From contig CAWJKZ010000014.1 in the NCBI GenBank assembly GCA_963843575.1, positions 832,001 to 896,000 on the forward strand: a stretch of 64,000 bases of DNA, written 5' to 3'. The position numbers and the translations under genes were made by a program. The DNA comes from an uncultured Acidobacteriota bacterium. GTDB lineage: Bacteria; Acidobacteriota; UBA6911. Below are positions 1 through 9,348 of the stretch, in pieces. The notes beneath the pieces are model-generated. The model was given only the letters and a program-made list of their open reading frames with translations, had not been told where the DNA came from and ran no database searches. The stretch's first letter is position 1. Each line of letters opens with the position of its first letter.

Positions 1-472
1 CGGCGGTCGGCAGCCGCTTTTCCCGCTGGCTCAGGATGCTGTTCTTGAAGCGCACCGGATCGGGGATGAATTCGAACAGCGTGGTTCCTTGTTCGCTGGC
101 GGTCTCGAGCCCAACGCTCCCAAACCCGAATACTCTGCCGAGCAGGCTCTGCTCGTGGAACACGTTGTTTATTTTGTCCAGCGACGCGTCGTAGGAGTAG
201 TTCGTAAATACGCCTTCCTGCCTCACCACCCGCCGGTCGGTTACGATGTATTCAAGGCTGCGCCGCACTATGATCTCCCACAACAGATAGAAGAGCGGCA
301 CGACATCAAACAGGAGAATCCAATACCGACCATCGAGTGCGTAGGCAAGCGCACCCAGTATCACCAGCGAGACGATGTTCAGCACGACGGGTTTGACCAG
401 GACAAGGGCGTGCTGGTGCGTAACGATGATCAGGTTCTCGTCGGGAAGGAGCTGGTTCTTCGCAAACGGCAT
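1..472 (-). CDS. Membrane protein with bacterial PH domain (bPH_2/YdbS-like), 3' end runs off the window
   Basis: Translated by hand from ATG at 472: MPFAKNQLLPDENLIIVTHQHALVLVKP, two TM segments, then YIVTDRRVVRQEGVF...SLDKINNV...QSLLGRVFGFGSVGLETA, a typical bPH_2 pattern. Absent from the ORF track because no stop lies inside the window. Confidence 0.75.
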   Translation of the reverse strand, partial: MPFAKNQLLPDENLIIVTHQHALVLVKPVVLNIVSLVILGALAYALDGRYWILLFDVVPLFYLLWEIIVRRSLEYIVTDRRVVRQEGVFTNYSYDASLDKINNVFHEQSLLGRVFGFGSVGLETASEQGTTLFEFIPDPVRFKNSILSQREKRLPTA

Positions 473-582
473 CTCGAAGTCCCTCGCGATTCTCTTCAGG
501 CGACAGCCAGACCACGCCAACCAGCTAACGGGTGGCCGAGAACTCGGCCACCCGGGGGGAGGCGAGGGCCCGAACGCGGGGG

Positions 583-837
583 TTACTTGTTTTCCGCCGC
601 CTTCTGCTTGCGCCAGTTCTCCCAGTAAGCCTTCATACGCTTGGACCGTTTGCTTCTCTCGGCGCGCGTCAGTCGGGAACGTTTCCGGGCAACAGCCTTG
701 GCCACGCGCTTTGACCTTCCGTTCCGGGCCCCACCCAATTCTCCCGTTATAAGTGCGATCTCCGCATCGATCTGCTGTTTCTTGATCACAAGTGATTCCA
801 TCGCCAATTCCAGCAATCTGCGCCGTTCAGGTGTCAT
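583..837 (-). CDS. Small, very basic hypothetical protein (possible nucleoid/DNA-binding protein)
   Basis: ORF 583..852, likely start ATG 837 (MTPERRRLLELAMESL...). K/R-rich C-terminal half ending KRSKRMKAYWENWRKQKAAENK; AT-rich upstream region. Confidence 0.65.
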   Translation of the reverse strand: MTPERRRLLELAMESLVIKKQQIDAEIALITGELGGARNGRSKRVAKAVARKRSRLTRAERSKRSKRMKAYWENWRKQKAAENK

Positions 838-990
838 ATGCAATCCTCTCATTCGGATATTAATAGCCGGCGCGCATTGTAGTTAGTAATTAGGAAATAA
901 TCAATACGGGAGTGTTTCCCGGATCACTGGTGAAGTCCTCAATTTGGTAAGTACCCGATTTTTGCTCGCACCCTGAGTACACAGTCTCAT

Positions 991-1190
991 AAGTACGCTG
1001 CCGAATTTTTCAGGACGCATATCAACACGGGCAACGAAAGACAAAAGCCAAAACAGAACGCGGATGCCGCGGATCCAACGGATTCACGCGGATGGCCGGA
1101 AAACGCCGTACGCGGCCTCTCGCCAGGTCGATCCGTGGGGATCCGCGCGCATCCGCGTCCTGAAAAATGAACATCAGAACATCAGTACTA
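991..1190. repeat. Palindromic intergenic repeat (CGCGGAT/ATCCGCG family), copy 1
   Basis: 13-bp perfect inverted repeat TTTTTCAGGACGC (1006-1018) / GCGTCCTGAAAAA (1155-1167). The reverse complement aligns with 40090-40236 (TTTTTCAGGACGCGGAT..GCGCGGA..C.CACGGATC.ACCTGGCGA.AGGCCGCGT.CGGC). Confidence 0.8.
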
Positions 1191-1487
1191 AAGAACGAAT
1201 AAGGGGCTAAACATTGCCGGGTGGCCTGACGATATGGAGGGTGATCAGAGAACAAGATCCCGAAAAGGGACATCATTATTCCCGTCGAGTTATGCGCGGG
1301 ACGCTGAGTTTCAGGCGGAGAAGCGCTCGGTTTTACTAAACGGGTGAGGGGACCGCCTGCCACACAGTGCTCCCGCGCGCCAATTCCTCGTATACACGTC
1401 CCGCCGACACACCCGCTGAACCATTGACATGTAACGGTATTAGTCAGGAATCAATCAGGCGCTGGAACCAGGTGCGGCGGCCACGAA

Positions 1488-1817
1488 CTAATCGTCTGGA
1501 AAAGCCGTCGTTCCCGCCTGGCCCTGGCGTCCGGCGCCGGGCAGCAGATACTTGCGCAACAACAGCCACAGATAGGTGGTGCTGGCTCCGACCGCGAACA
1601 TGATGATGATGTTGTTTTCAAGGCTCGGCGCGTAGACGGTGTACCGGTAGTAGGCGCTGAAGGCTCCCATGACGAAACTCAGGGCAGCGAGGAAGCCGGA
1701 GAGCATGCCATCCGGTGCAGTCGGGGTGCGGAACCGTTCCCAGCCCAGGCAAACAAGGTAGGATGAGGAGGCAGCGGCGATTGCGGGAAGCAGCCACTTG
1801 TCCAGCGACAAAAACAT
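1488..1817 (-). CDS. Small hypothetical membrane protein (about 3 TM)
   Basis: ATG 1817 preceded by GGAGG; MFLSLDKWLLPAIAAASSSYLVCLGW... with three hydrophobic segments. Confidence 0.6.
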   Translation of the reverse strand: MFLSLDKWLLPAIAAASSSYLVCLGWERFRTPTAPDGMLSGFLAALSFVMGAFSAYYRYTVYAPSLENNIIIMFAVGASTTYLWLLLRKYLLPGAGRQGQAGTTAFPDD

Positions 1818-1944
1818 GGATCCTCCGTCGGTACAGCGTGCCCTCTGTCGCGGGGGGGCGGGTCGCACGGGCATTCCTTTTTTCAGAATACCACGGCGCC
1901 ATCCTCCTGGGGAGAGTCCCGAGTGCCTCGCCCGGTCTATGGGG

Positions 1945-1953
1945 TGCTATAAT
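1945..1953 (+). promoter_or_regulatory. Extended -10 promoter element (TGcTATAAT) for fumarate hydratase
   Basis: Consensus TGnTATAAT in a high-GC background, about 40 nt upstream of the GAGGTG RBS and ATG 1991. Confidence 0.55.
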
Positions 1954-1990
1954 GCAGACTCGAATCCAATCCCCGCCAACGAGGTGTGTA

Positions 1991-3517
1991 ATGAAGCAAT
2001 TTCTACCCAGTGTATTGGAACTGATAGTGCAGACTTCCGCCAATTTGCCCGCCGACGTGCGTGAGGCCATGAGCGCCGCGGTGCAGACGGAATTCCGGGG
2101 CAGCCAGGCCGCATCGGCGCTGGACGTGATCGCGACCAACATCGACATGGCCGCATCGTGCGAGAGCCCGATCTGCCAGGACACGGGCATGCTCACTTTC
2201 GAAATCAGGCTGCCGGGCGGGTGTAATCAGATCCAGGCGGCCCGGGAGATCCGCGAGGCGGTCGCCGAAGCGACGCGCCGCGGCAAACTGCGCCCGAACT
2301 CCGTGGATTCCATTACCGGGAAAAACAGCGGCAATAATCTCGGGCCAGGCACGCCCGTGATTCACTTCACGCAATGGGAGAACGAGCGCGAGGTCGAAGT
2401 GAAACTCCTCTTAAAGGGGGGGGGATGCGAGAATAAGAACATCCAATACTCGGTGCCGTGCGAATTGCCACACCTGGGAAGGGTCGACCGCAACCTCGAC
2501 GGGGTGCGCAAGTGCATACTGCACGCGGTCTGGCAGGCACAAGGACAGGGTTGTTCGGCCGGGGCCCTGGGGGTGTGCATAGGCGGAGACAGGAGTTCGG
2601 GCTATCAGCACGCCAAGGAGCAATTGTTCCGCACCCTGGACGACAAGAATCCGGACCCCAAACTCGCCGCGCTCGAAGACTACATCCTCTCCGCGTCGAA
2701 CACTCTAGGCATCGGCACGATGGGGTTTGGCGGCGCCGTGACTTTGCTTGGCTGCAAGATAGGCGCCCTCAACCGCCTCCCCGCCTGTTTCTTTGTCTCC
2801 GTGGCGTATGACTGCTGGGCTTTCCGGCGGCTGGGAGTGGTGCTCGACGCCGCCACCGGCGAGATCAAACGATGGTTGTATCGGGACCCGTCTCTGGCCG
2901 AACCGAAGATCGCGGTCGGGCAGGGATTCGTCCGTACCGGGAGCGAAGTTGAACTGCATTCGCCGCTGGCCGAATCCGACGTGCGGAAACTGAAGGTCGG
3001 CGACATCGTACTGCTGAGCGGCGACATGTACACGGGTCGCGACTCGGTGCATTCCTACCTGATGAAAAACCCGGCCCCGGTGGACCTCAACGGCGCCGTC
3101 CTTTATCACTGCGGCCCCGTCGTGCTGAAGGAGAACGGGTCGTGGAAAATGACCGCCGCGGGACCAACGACCTCAATCCGGGAAGAGCCCTATCAGGCCG
3201 AGGTGATCAAACGCTTCGGCATCCGGGCGATCGTCGGCAAGGGAGGCATGGGTCCCAGGACCCTCGCGGGCCTCAAGGACTTCGGGGCGGTGTACCTGAA
3301 CGCCATCGGGGGGGCCGCACAGTACTACGCCCGTTGCATCCTCGGGGTCAAGGACGTGCACCTGCTCGAATTCGGCATCCCGGAAGCAATGTGGCACATG
3401 CAGGTCGAGGGGTTCCCTGCGGTCGTCACCATGGATGCACACGGCAACTCGCTTCACGCGGATGTCGAGAAAGCCTCGGCCACGCTTCTAGCCAAACTCG
3501 CCGACCCGGTGTTCTGA
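1991..3517 (+). CDS. fumA: Class I (Fe-S) fumarate hydratase, fused alpha+beta
   Basis: Motifs PICQDTG, LRPNSVD, KGGGCEN, GTMGFGG, GRD..H, GPTTSIREEPY, GKGGMG, MDAHGNSLH. ATG 1991 with RBS. Confidence 0.92.
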   Translation: MKQFLPSVLELIVQTSANLPADVREAMSAAVQTEFRGSQAASALDVIATNIDMAASCESPICQDTGMLTFEIRLPGGCNQIQAAREIREAVAEATRRGKLRPNSVDSITGKNSGNNLGPGTPVIHFTQWENEREVEVKLLLKGGGCENKNIQYSVPCELPHLGRVDRNLDGVRKCILHAVWQAQGQGCSAGALGVCIGGDRSSGYQHAKEQLFRTLDDKNPDPKLAALEDYILSASNTLGIGTMGFGGAVTLLGCKIGALNRLPACFFVSVAYDCWAFRRLGVVLDAATGEIKRWLYRDPSLAEPKIAVGQGFVRTGSEVELHSPLAESDVRKLKVGDIVLLSGDMYTGRDSVHSYLMKNPAPVDLNGAVLYHCGPVVLKENGSWKMTAAGPTTSIREEPYQAEVIKRFGIRAIVGKGGMGPRTLAGLKDFGAVYLNAIGGAAQYYARCILGVKDVHLLEFGIPEAMWHMQVEGFPAVVTMDAHGNSLHADVEKASATLLAKLADPVF

Positions 3518-3551
3518 GGCCGGCCAATGGACCTCCCGCGTCCGTGATCGC

Positions 3552-4079
3552 CTAGTTTGCCGCGGCAAAGTCGGCCAGCACGCCTTCCAGCTGGCGGTCG
3601 CCCCAGGCCAGGACGAGGAGACCCTTGTTGTTTGTCTCGCCATGCCCGGCCGAAACATCCAGGAGGAGGTGGTCGACCACCGGACGCCCACCCAACGAGC
3701 GCGTCTGCAGCTCAACCGCCTTGGTCATGTCGGGCTGGGTGTTTCTGTCGGCCGGGGCGGGGATCAGGATCAGGGTCCAGCTGTCGGCCGTCTGGGCGCG
3801 CGCGCGCAAAAGGTACTTCCCTGCCGGAATCTCGACGGCGCCGGGCTTGACCGCCTTGCTCAACTCGACGGTGGCGTTGCCACAGTTGAAAATAAACCCG
3901 TCCTTCACCTCGGCCAGGTGCACGGGATTCCACGGATAGGTCGTGTAATCCAGTTTGACCTCGAGATCGGGCATCCTGGCCACGACGGTCTTTCTGAAAT
4001 GCGGATGTGCGCCCGCCAGGGCGGCAAGCGCCGCCAGCACTGCCACGACAGCGGCGACAGTCTTGAGTCTTCTTGACAT
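3552..4079 (-). CDS. Secreted protein, DUF2911-like
   Basis: Signal peptide (LAALAALAGA), EIPAGKYLL...WTLILI and LVLAWG patterns; AAGGAGG RBS. Confidence 0.55.
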   Translation of the reverse strand: MSRRLKTVAAVVAVLAALAALAGAHPHFRKTVVARMPDLEVKLDYTTYPWNPVHLAEVKDGFIFNCGNATVELSKAVKPGAVEIPAGKYLLRARAQTADSWTLILIPAPADRNTQPDMTKAVELQTRSLGGRPVVDHLLLDVSAGHGETNNKGLLVLAWGDRQLEGVLADFAAAN

Positions 4080-4207
4080 GCGACCTCCTTAGGTTGTAGA
4101 CAAGTCTGATGTTTCTGGTGTTCTGCTCGCCCCGAGTCGAGTTGTCAGTGTACCAAATCCGCAGAATGGCCGGGCAGGTTTAAGGCAAACAGGATGGGGG
4201 GAAATTC

Positions 4208-5096
4208 ATGAACCGAAACACCCGGAGAGGATTCCTTCTGAACACTGCAGCGGGCGCGGGCGTCCTGGGCGCGTGGCACACGCTGGACCGCGCGACGAAG
4301 GAGGGCCTGGCATCGCCCGCCGCGCCCATGAAAGTCGGTATCGTCACCTACAACATCGCCAAGGACTGGGACGTCCCCACGATCATCAAGAACTGTACCG
4401 AGACCAGGTTCGACGGTGTCGAGCTTCGGACCGGGCATGCTCACAAGGTCGAGATCGCTCTGACGCCGGACCAGCGTCGCGAGATCAGGGCGCGGTTCGC
4501 GGACTCGTCGGTCCGGATCGCCCAGTTGGGGAGCACGTATGAGTTTCACTCGCTGGATCCCGCCGAGGTGCGGAAAAACATAGAAGGATGCAAGGACTAC
4601 ATCCAGCTCGCCCGCGATGTCGGCGCACCGGCGGTGAAGGTGCGGCCCAACGGGCTGCAGCTCAAGGCGGGTGTCCCGGTCGAGAAAACCCTGGAACAGA
4701 TCGGCCGGTCGCTCGCGGAATTGGGCAAGACCGGTGCGGATCAGGGCATAGAAATCCGCGTCGAGGTGCACGGATCGGGAACAGCGCGCGTCGAGTACAT
4801 CCAGAAAGTAATGCAGGTCGCCGACCACCCAATGGTCACCGTGAACTGGAACTCCAACCCGTCCGACCTCGAAGGCGGCTCCCTGGAGCAGAACTTCGTC
4901 CGGGTGTCCGGGAAGATCCGCCACGTGCACATGCGCGACCTCTTTGAACCGGATTATCCGTGGCGCAGGCTCATCGCCCTTCTGGGAGGAATCAACTTCG
5001 CCGGATACTGCTGCGCCGAAATCCCCGAAAGCCCCGATCCGCTGCGGGTGATGCGCTATTTCCGGGCTCTGTTCCTGGCCTATCAGGGCAGCATAG
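4208..5096 (+). CDS. Tat-exported sugar phosphate isomerase/epimerase (AP_endonuc_2 TIM barrel); natural stop apparently lost to a 1-nt indel
   Basis: TRRGFL Tat motif; DGVELR, IRVEVHG, VNWNS, RHVHMRD, CCAE metal-site pattern. A TAG at 5094-5096 lies one base out of frame exactly where the domain ends; the read-through would run deep into pcm. Confidence 0.75.
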
Positions 5097-5204
5097 CCGG
5101 CGGACGCAGGGCCGCCGAGATTCCCAAAGGAATGCGGCGCTCCCCCTGCCTCGCTTTGCCGCTTGCGTCCGATTGCGGTAAACTGTGCCTCAAGCGAGGT
5201 AGAG

Positions 5205-5960
5205 ATGACCGGGGTCTTCCTCAAATGCGCGGCCGCGTTGCTGCTCTCTGGCGCGGCCGGCGGTCACGGAGGGTGCACCACGGACAGGTCAAGCGTGAGC
5301 GAGGTCCAGGATACGACTGGATTTGCCGCCATGCGCGAACGGATGGTCGACCAGCAATTGCGCGCTCGCGACATCACAGACCCCAGGGTGCTCGCGGCCA
5401 TGCTGAAGGTACCCCGCCACGAGTTCGTCCCCCACGACATGCTCCCGTCCGCGTACGACGACAGTGCCCTGCCGTTGGCCCTTGGGCAAACCGTTTCGCA
5501 GCCCTACATCGTAGGATTCATGACGCAGGCCCTCGGCCTGGAAGGCTCGGAGCGCGTGCTGGAGATTGGGACCGGCTCAGGCTACCAGGCAGCCGTACTC
5601 GCGGAGATCGTCCCGCAGGTATATACCATCGAGATACTGCCGGAACTGACGGAGCGCGCGCGCACGATCCTGCAGTCGCTCGGTTACCACAACATTCAGT
5701 TCCGAACAGGAGACGGATACCAAGGGTGGCCTGACGCCGCTCCGTTTGACGCGATCATCGTCACGGCCGCCCCGGACCACATTCCCCAGCCGCTCGTGGA
5801 CCAGCTGAAACCCGGCGGACGGATGGTTCTGCCGGTGGGACGGTTGGAGCAGGAACTCGTGGTCGTCGAAAAGACCGAGTCCGGGACCCACCGCAGGTCC
5901 ACCATACCAGTCCGGTTCGTGCCCATGACGGGGCGAGCCCTGCAGGGACCCCCGAAGTAG
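5205..5960 (+). CDS. pcm: Protein-L-isoaspartate O-methyltransferase
   Basis: VPRHEFVP, GQTVSQPYIV, VLEIGTGSGYQAA, GDGYQGWP..APFDAIIVTAA, VRFVPM. Confidence 0.95.
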   Translation: MTGVFLKCAAALLLSGAAGGHGGCTTDRSSVSEVQDTTGFAAMRERMVDQQLRARDITDPRVLAAMLKVPRHEFVPHDMLPSAYDDSALPLALGQTVSQPYIVGFMTQALGLEGSERVLEIGTGSGYQAAVLAEIVPQVYTIEILPELTERARTILQSLGYHNIQFRTGDGYQGWPDAAPFDAIIVTAAPDHIPQPLVDQLKPGGRMVLPVGRLEQELVVVEKTESGTHRRSTIPVRFVPMTGRALQGPPK

Positions 5961-6294
5961 CTCGCTGCAGTCGCCCGAAGGCAGCCCGCCGCCCCAGGTC
6001 GAGGCGATCCTGCCGGCGCAAGTGCCCAATCCGATCGGGACGAAATCCGGGGCGGCGCGCCAGCTGCGCTCTGATGGAATCCATCGCGCCCCCCGGGGTA
6101 CGGGGACCGGGTCCAAAGGCGCGGCGAACGCGGGACGCGAAACCGCACGGGCAAACGGCGGCGGCGAGCTTCCCGGGCGCGGCGCGGGATCGGGTCTTGA
6201 GAATTTCCGTGTTCTGAGCAACAGTAAGTCGGTCATGGATTGGGTCCACGGCCCTGCCTTGGTATTATGGAGCGTGGGATTCGAAGGAGGAACT

Positions 6295-7506
6295 ATGAAT
6301 CGCGAGGAGAGGTCGCTTCCAACCAGCCAGACCGAGAGGATTGGCGCTGCCCTCGACGGATTCAAGATCGAGCTCCCATCCTGGGGCTTCGCCAACACCG
6401 GGACGCGGTTCGGCAAGTTTCTTCAACCCGCTGCGGCCACGACCATCGAGGAAAAACTCCGCGACGCCGGTCAGGTCCACGCCTACACCGGGTGTTGCCC
6501 GACCGTGGCCGTCCATGTGCTCTGGGATTTCAAAAACGGGCTCCAGGACGTCCCACGCACGATTGAGGCGGCGACGCGGCACGGCGTGCGGATCGGGGCG
6601 ATCAATCCCACGGTCTTCCAGGACCAGATCTACAAGCACGGGTCGCTCGGCAACCCGAACCCGGAGGTGCGCCGCCACGCGCTCGACCACATTCTGGACA
6701 GCATCGCCATCGGGTGCCAGTGCGGCAGCCGCGATGTCTCCCTGTGGTTCGGGGACGGCTCGAACTATCCGGGAACGGCCAACATCCGCCGTCGCCGGGA
6801 GTGGTTCGAAACCGCGCTGCGGGAAGCCCACAGCCAGCTCTCTCCCCACCAGCGGATGCTGATCGAGTACAAGCCGTTCGAGCCCGCCTTCTATCATACC
6901 GACATCGCCGACTGGGGGATGGCGCTGCTGCTGGCGCGCGCATCCGGACCGCAGGCCCGGGTGCTCGTGGACACGGGACACCACTACCAGGCGCAGAACA
7001 TCGAGCAGATCGTCGCCTGGCTGCTGGCCGAGGGGATGCTGGGCGGATTTCATTTCAACGATCGTCGCTACGCGGACGACGACCTGACCATCGGGTCGAT
7101 CGACCCTTACCAGGTCTTCCGTATTTTCCACGAGATTCTCTTCTTCGAGTGGGAGACAGGCACCCGCGCCGACATCGCCTACGTGGTCGACCAGAGCCAC
7201 AACCTGAAGGGCAAGATCGAGGCGATGATCCAGACGGCGACGACAGCTCAGGAGCTTTTCGCCAAGGCAGTGCTGGTGGATCACGAACTCCTGGCCGCGC
7301 ACCAGGAGGCGTGCGCGCTCGTCGATGCCGAGGAGTGCCTCAGGGCGGCTTTCTACACGGACGTCAGGCCGGCCGTGCGGGAGTGGCGGCGCGCCAAGGG
7401 GCTGCCTGCCGAACCTTTGCTCGCCTTCCGGCAGAGCGGATACATCGAGCGGGTGACGAAGGAACGCTCCGGTCGCGACGTGGGCACGGCATCCACCTAC
7501 GCCTGA
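6295..7506 (+). CDS. L-rhamnose isomerase-like sugar isomerase (RhaI/xylose isomerase-like TIM barrel)
   Basis: IELPSWGFANTGTRFG, LWFGDGSNYPG, IEYKPFEPAFY.TDIADWG, VDTGHH, GGFHFNDRRYADDDL, DQSHN. AAGGAGG RBS before ATG 6295. Confidence 0.88.
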   Translation: MNREERSLPTSQTERIGAALDGFKIELPSWGFANTGTRFGKFLQPAAATTIEEKLRDAGQVHAYTGCCPTVAVHVLWDFKNGLQDVPRTIEAATRHGVRIGAINPTVFQDQIYKHGSLGNPNPEVRRHALDHILDSIAIGCQCGSRDVSLWFGDGSNYPGTANIRRRREWFETALREAHSQLSPHQRMLIEYKPFEPAFYHTDIADWGMALLLARASGPQARVLVDTGHHYQAQNIEQIVAWLLAEGMLGGFHFNDRRYADDDLTIGSIDPYQVFRIFHEILFFEWETGTRADIAYVVDQSHNLKGKIEAMIQTATTAQELFAKAVLVDHELLAAHQEACALVDAEECLRAAFYTDVRPAVREWRRAKGLPAEPLLAFRQSGYIERVTKERSGRDVGTASTYA

Positions 7507-7532
7507 GGTACGGAGCGTCCGCCGGTGCCGTG

Positions 7533-7796
7533 CTATTTCAGCTTCACGTCCCACTCGTGCACCTCGAGCGAGCGCGCCCCCTGGTGGACGTACGGATCGT
7601 TCCGGGCGATCTTCGTCGCCTCGTCCAGCGATTCGGCGATATAGATCACCAGCCCCCCCGCCCCGTCCGTAAAGGGACCTCGCGCGAAGATATTCCCTCT
7701 GTGGGTCATCTCGTCCAAAAAGGCGAGGTGCTGGGGCCTGAGGTCCCGGCTCTTGGCGACGTCCAGCATTCTCAGCAACGCAGCGTAGTATTTCAT
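7533..7796 (-). CDS. YciI family protein
   Basis: RPQHLAFL...ARGPF...GGLVIY.AESLDEA...NDPYV pattern; 87 aa. Confidence 0.85.
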   Translation of the reverse strand: MKYYAALLRMLDVAKSRDLRPQHLAFLDEMTHRGNIFARGPFTDGAGGLVIYIAESLDEATKIARNDPYVHQGARSLEVHEWDVKLK

Positions 7797-7884
7797 TCGA
7801 CCTTCTCCCGGCGATGGGCCCGGACGGAGCCGGGCAGCGTCACTCAAACCGTTCGATCCGAGGCGAGATGCTCGGGCCGCGAGC

Positions 7885-9348
7885 TCACAGGGATTCCTGG
7901 TGAATCATCTGCTCCTTGGTCTGCCAGAGCTTCAGGGTCACTCCCACTTTGTATTCGTGAGGGTTGTGCAGCCGCCTGTAGCTCTCGTGGAGGTGCCCCA
8001 GCTGCTCCCTGCGCCGGTCGCGGATCTCGGCGAGCGGGGGAAACCGGCAGACGAGCGCTCCGTCGCGCACGACGTCCTCCATCAGGTCCGCGCGCCGGGC
8101 CATGTTCAGCTTCTTGCGGCGCAGCGGATTGTTCGGATCAACGATCAGCACGCTTCCGCGATAAACGTCCTCCGAACGGTCGGCCAGGGCGTCGGCTTCC
8201 ATGAACTCGCCCTTGTAGAATCGCACGATTTTCTTCACACCCGGGTTGGTCATTTTTTCCGGGTTGCCGCTCAACTTGATCTTGGGCGTGCCGTTGTATT
8301 CCACCAGCTTGTACACTCCCCCGAGAGCACACCCGCCGGGGCCGGCGCCGACCACCAGGTTGGTCCCGACGCCCCAGGCATCCACTTTCCCGCCCTGAGA
8401 GATCACCTCCTCGATGACAAACTCGTCGAGCTCGTTGGAGGCGAGGATCTTGACATAGGGGAGGCCCGCGCCGTCCAGCAACTCGCGTGCGCGCTGGCTC
8501 AGGAAGGCGAGGTCGCCGCTGTCGATGCGTATCCCGGCCAGCCGGTGGCCCGTATGCTCGAGCTCCCGGGCGACGGTGATCGCGTTCGGGATACCGCTTC
8601 TGAGCGTATCGTAGGTGTCCACCAGGAGCACGCACTCCTCGGGGAATGAGCGGGCGAACGCACGGAAGGACTCGAGTTCCGACCCGTAGACCTGAACCCA
8701 GCTGTGGGCGTGCGTCCCCTTCGCCGGGATTCCCAGCGTGGCGGCACCGAGGACGTTGGACGTCCCTTCCGCCCCGCCGATGTAGGCCGCCCGGCATGCG
8801 CTCAGGGCGCCGTCGGGTCCTTGCGCCCGACGGAGGCCGAACTCGATCAGGGTGCCATGTTTGGACGCTTCCCACATCCGCGCGGCCTTGGTCGCCACGA
8901 GCGTCTGGAAGTTGATGTGGCAAAGCAGGACCGACTCGACGACCTGCGCCGCCAGAAGCCCCCCGCTGACCTGTACGATCGGCTCGTTCGGAAAAACTAC
9001 CGACCCCTCGGGGACGGCGCGGATCGTGCCTGAGAAACGGAAGGTCGACAGGTACCGCAGGAAATCTCCTTTGAAGACTCCGGCCCCGTCCGGGGAACGC
9101 TGCGAGCGCAGGTAATCGATGTCGTCGGGGGTGAACGCGAGGCCCAGCACGGCCTCAACCGCGTCCTGGAGGCCGGCGGCGATCGCATACCCCCCGCGAA
9201 ACGGGTTGCGCCGGTAATACAAGTCGAACGTCGCGCTGTCCGCGTGCTTTCCCTGATCGAGGTAGCCTGCGGCCATGGTGAGCTCGTAGTAGTCGGTCAG
9301 CAACGCTTCTGTCGGCAAGGTGGAACCTCCGAGGTCTGCCGCGCTCAA
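7885..9348 (-). CDS. pncB: Nicotinate phosphoribosyltransferase
   Basis: LLTDYYELTM, EFGLRRAQG, GTHAHSW, LLVDTYDT, GIRIDSGDL, GGVYKL. Confidence 0.95.
   Translation of the reverse strand: MSAADLGGSTLPTEALLTDYYELTMAAGYLDQGKHADSATFDLYYRRNPFRGGYAIAAGLQDAVEAVLGLAFTPDDIDYLRSQRSPDGAGVFKGDFLRYLSTFRFSGTIRAVPEGSVVFPNEPIVQVSGGLLAAQVVESVLLCHINFQTLVATKAARMWEASKHGTLIEFGLRRAQGPDGALSACRAAYIGGAEGTSNVLGAATLGIPAKGTHAHSWVQVYGSELESFRAFARSFPEECVLLVDTYDTLRSGIPNAITVARELEHTGHRLAGIRIDSGDLAFLSQRARELLDGAGLPYVKILASNELDEFVIEEVISQGGKVDAWGVGTNLVVGAGPGGCALGGVYKLVEYNGTPKIKLSGNPEKMTNPGVKKIVRFYKGEFMEADALADRSEDVYRGSVLIVDPNNPLRRKKLNMARRADLMEDVVRDGALVCRFPPLAEIRDRRREQLGHLHESYRRLHNPHEYKVGVTLKLWQTKEQMIHQESL

Noticed and set aside
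4208-5734. Apparent 508-aa protein overlapping pcm
   Set aside because: The recognisable domain ends near 5090, where a TAG sits one base out of frame. The tail is Arg-rich out-of-frame pcm sequence.
5961-6290. Long intergenic region with CTGATGGA and GAAA motifs resembling a hammerhead ribozyme or riboswitch
   Set aside because: The core is not CUGANGA and I could not build the required stems. An Rfam/Infernal scan would settle it.
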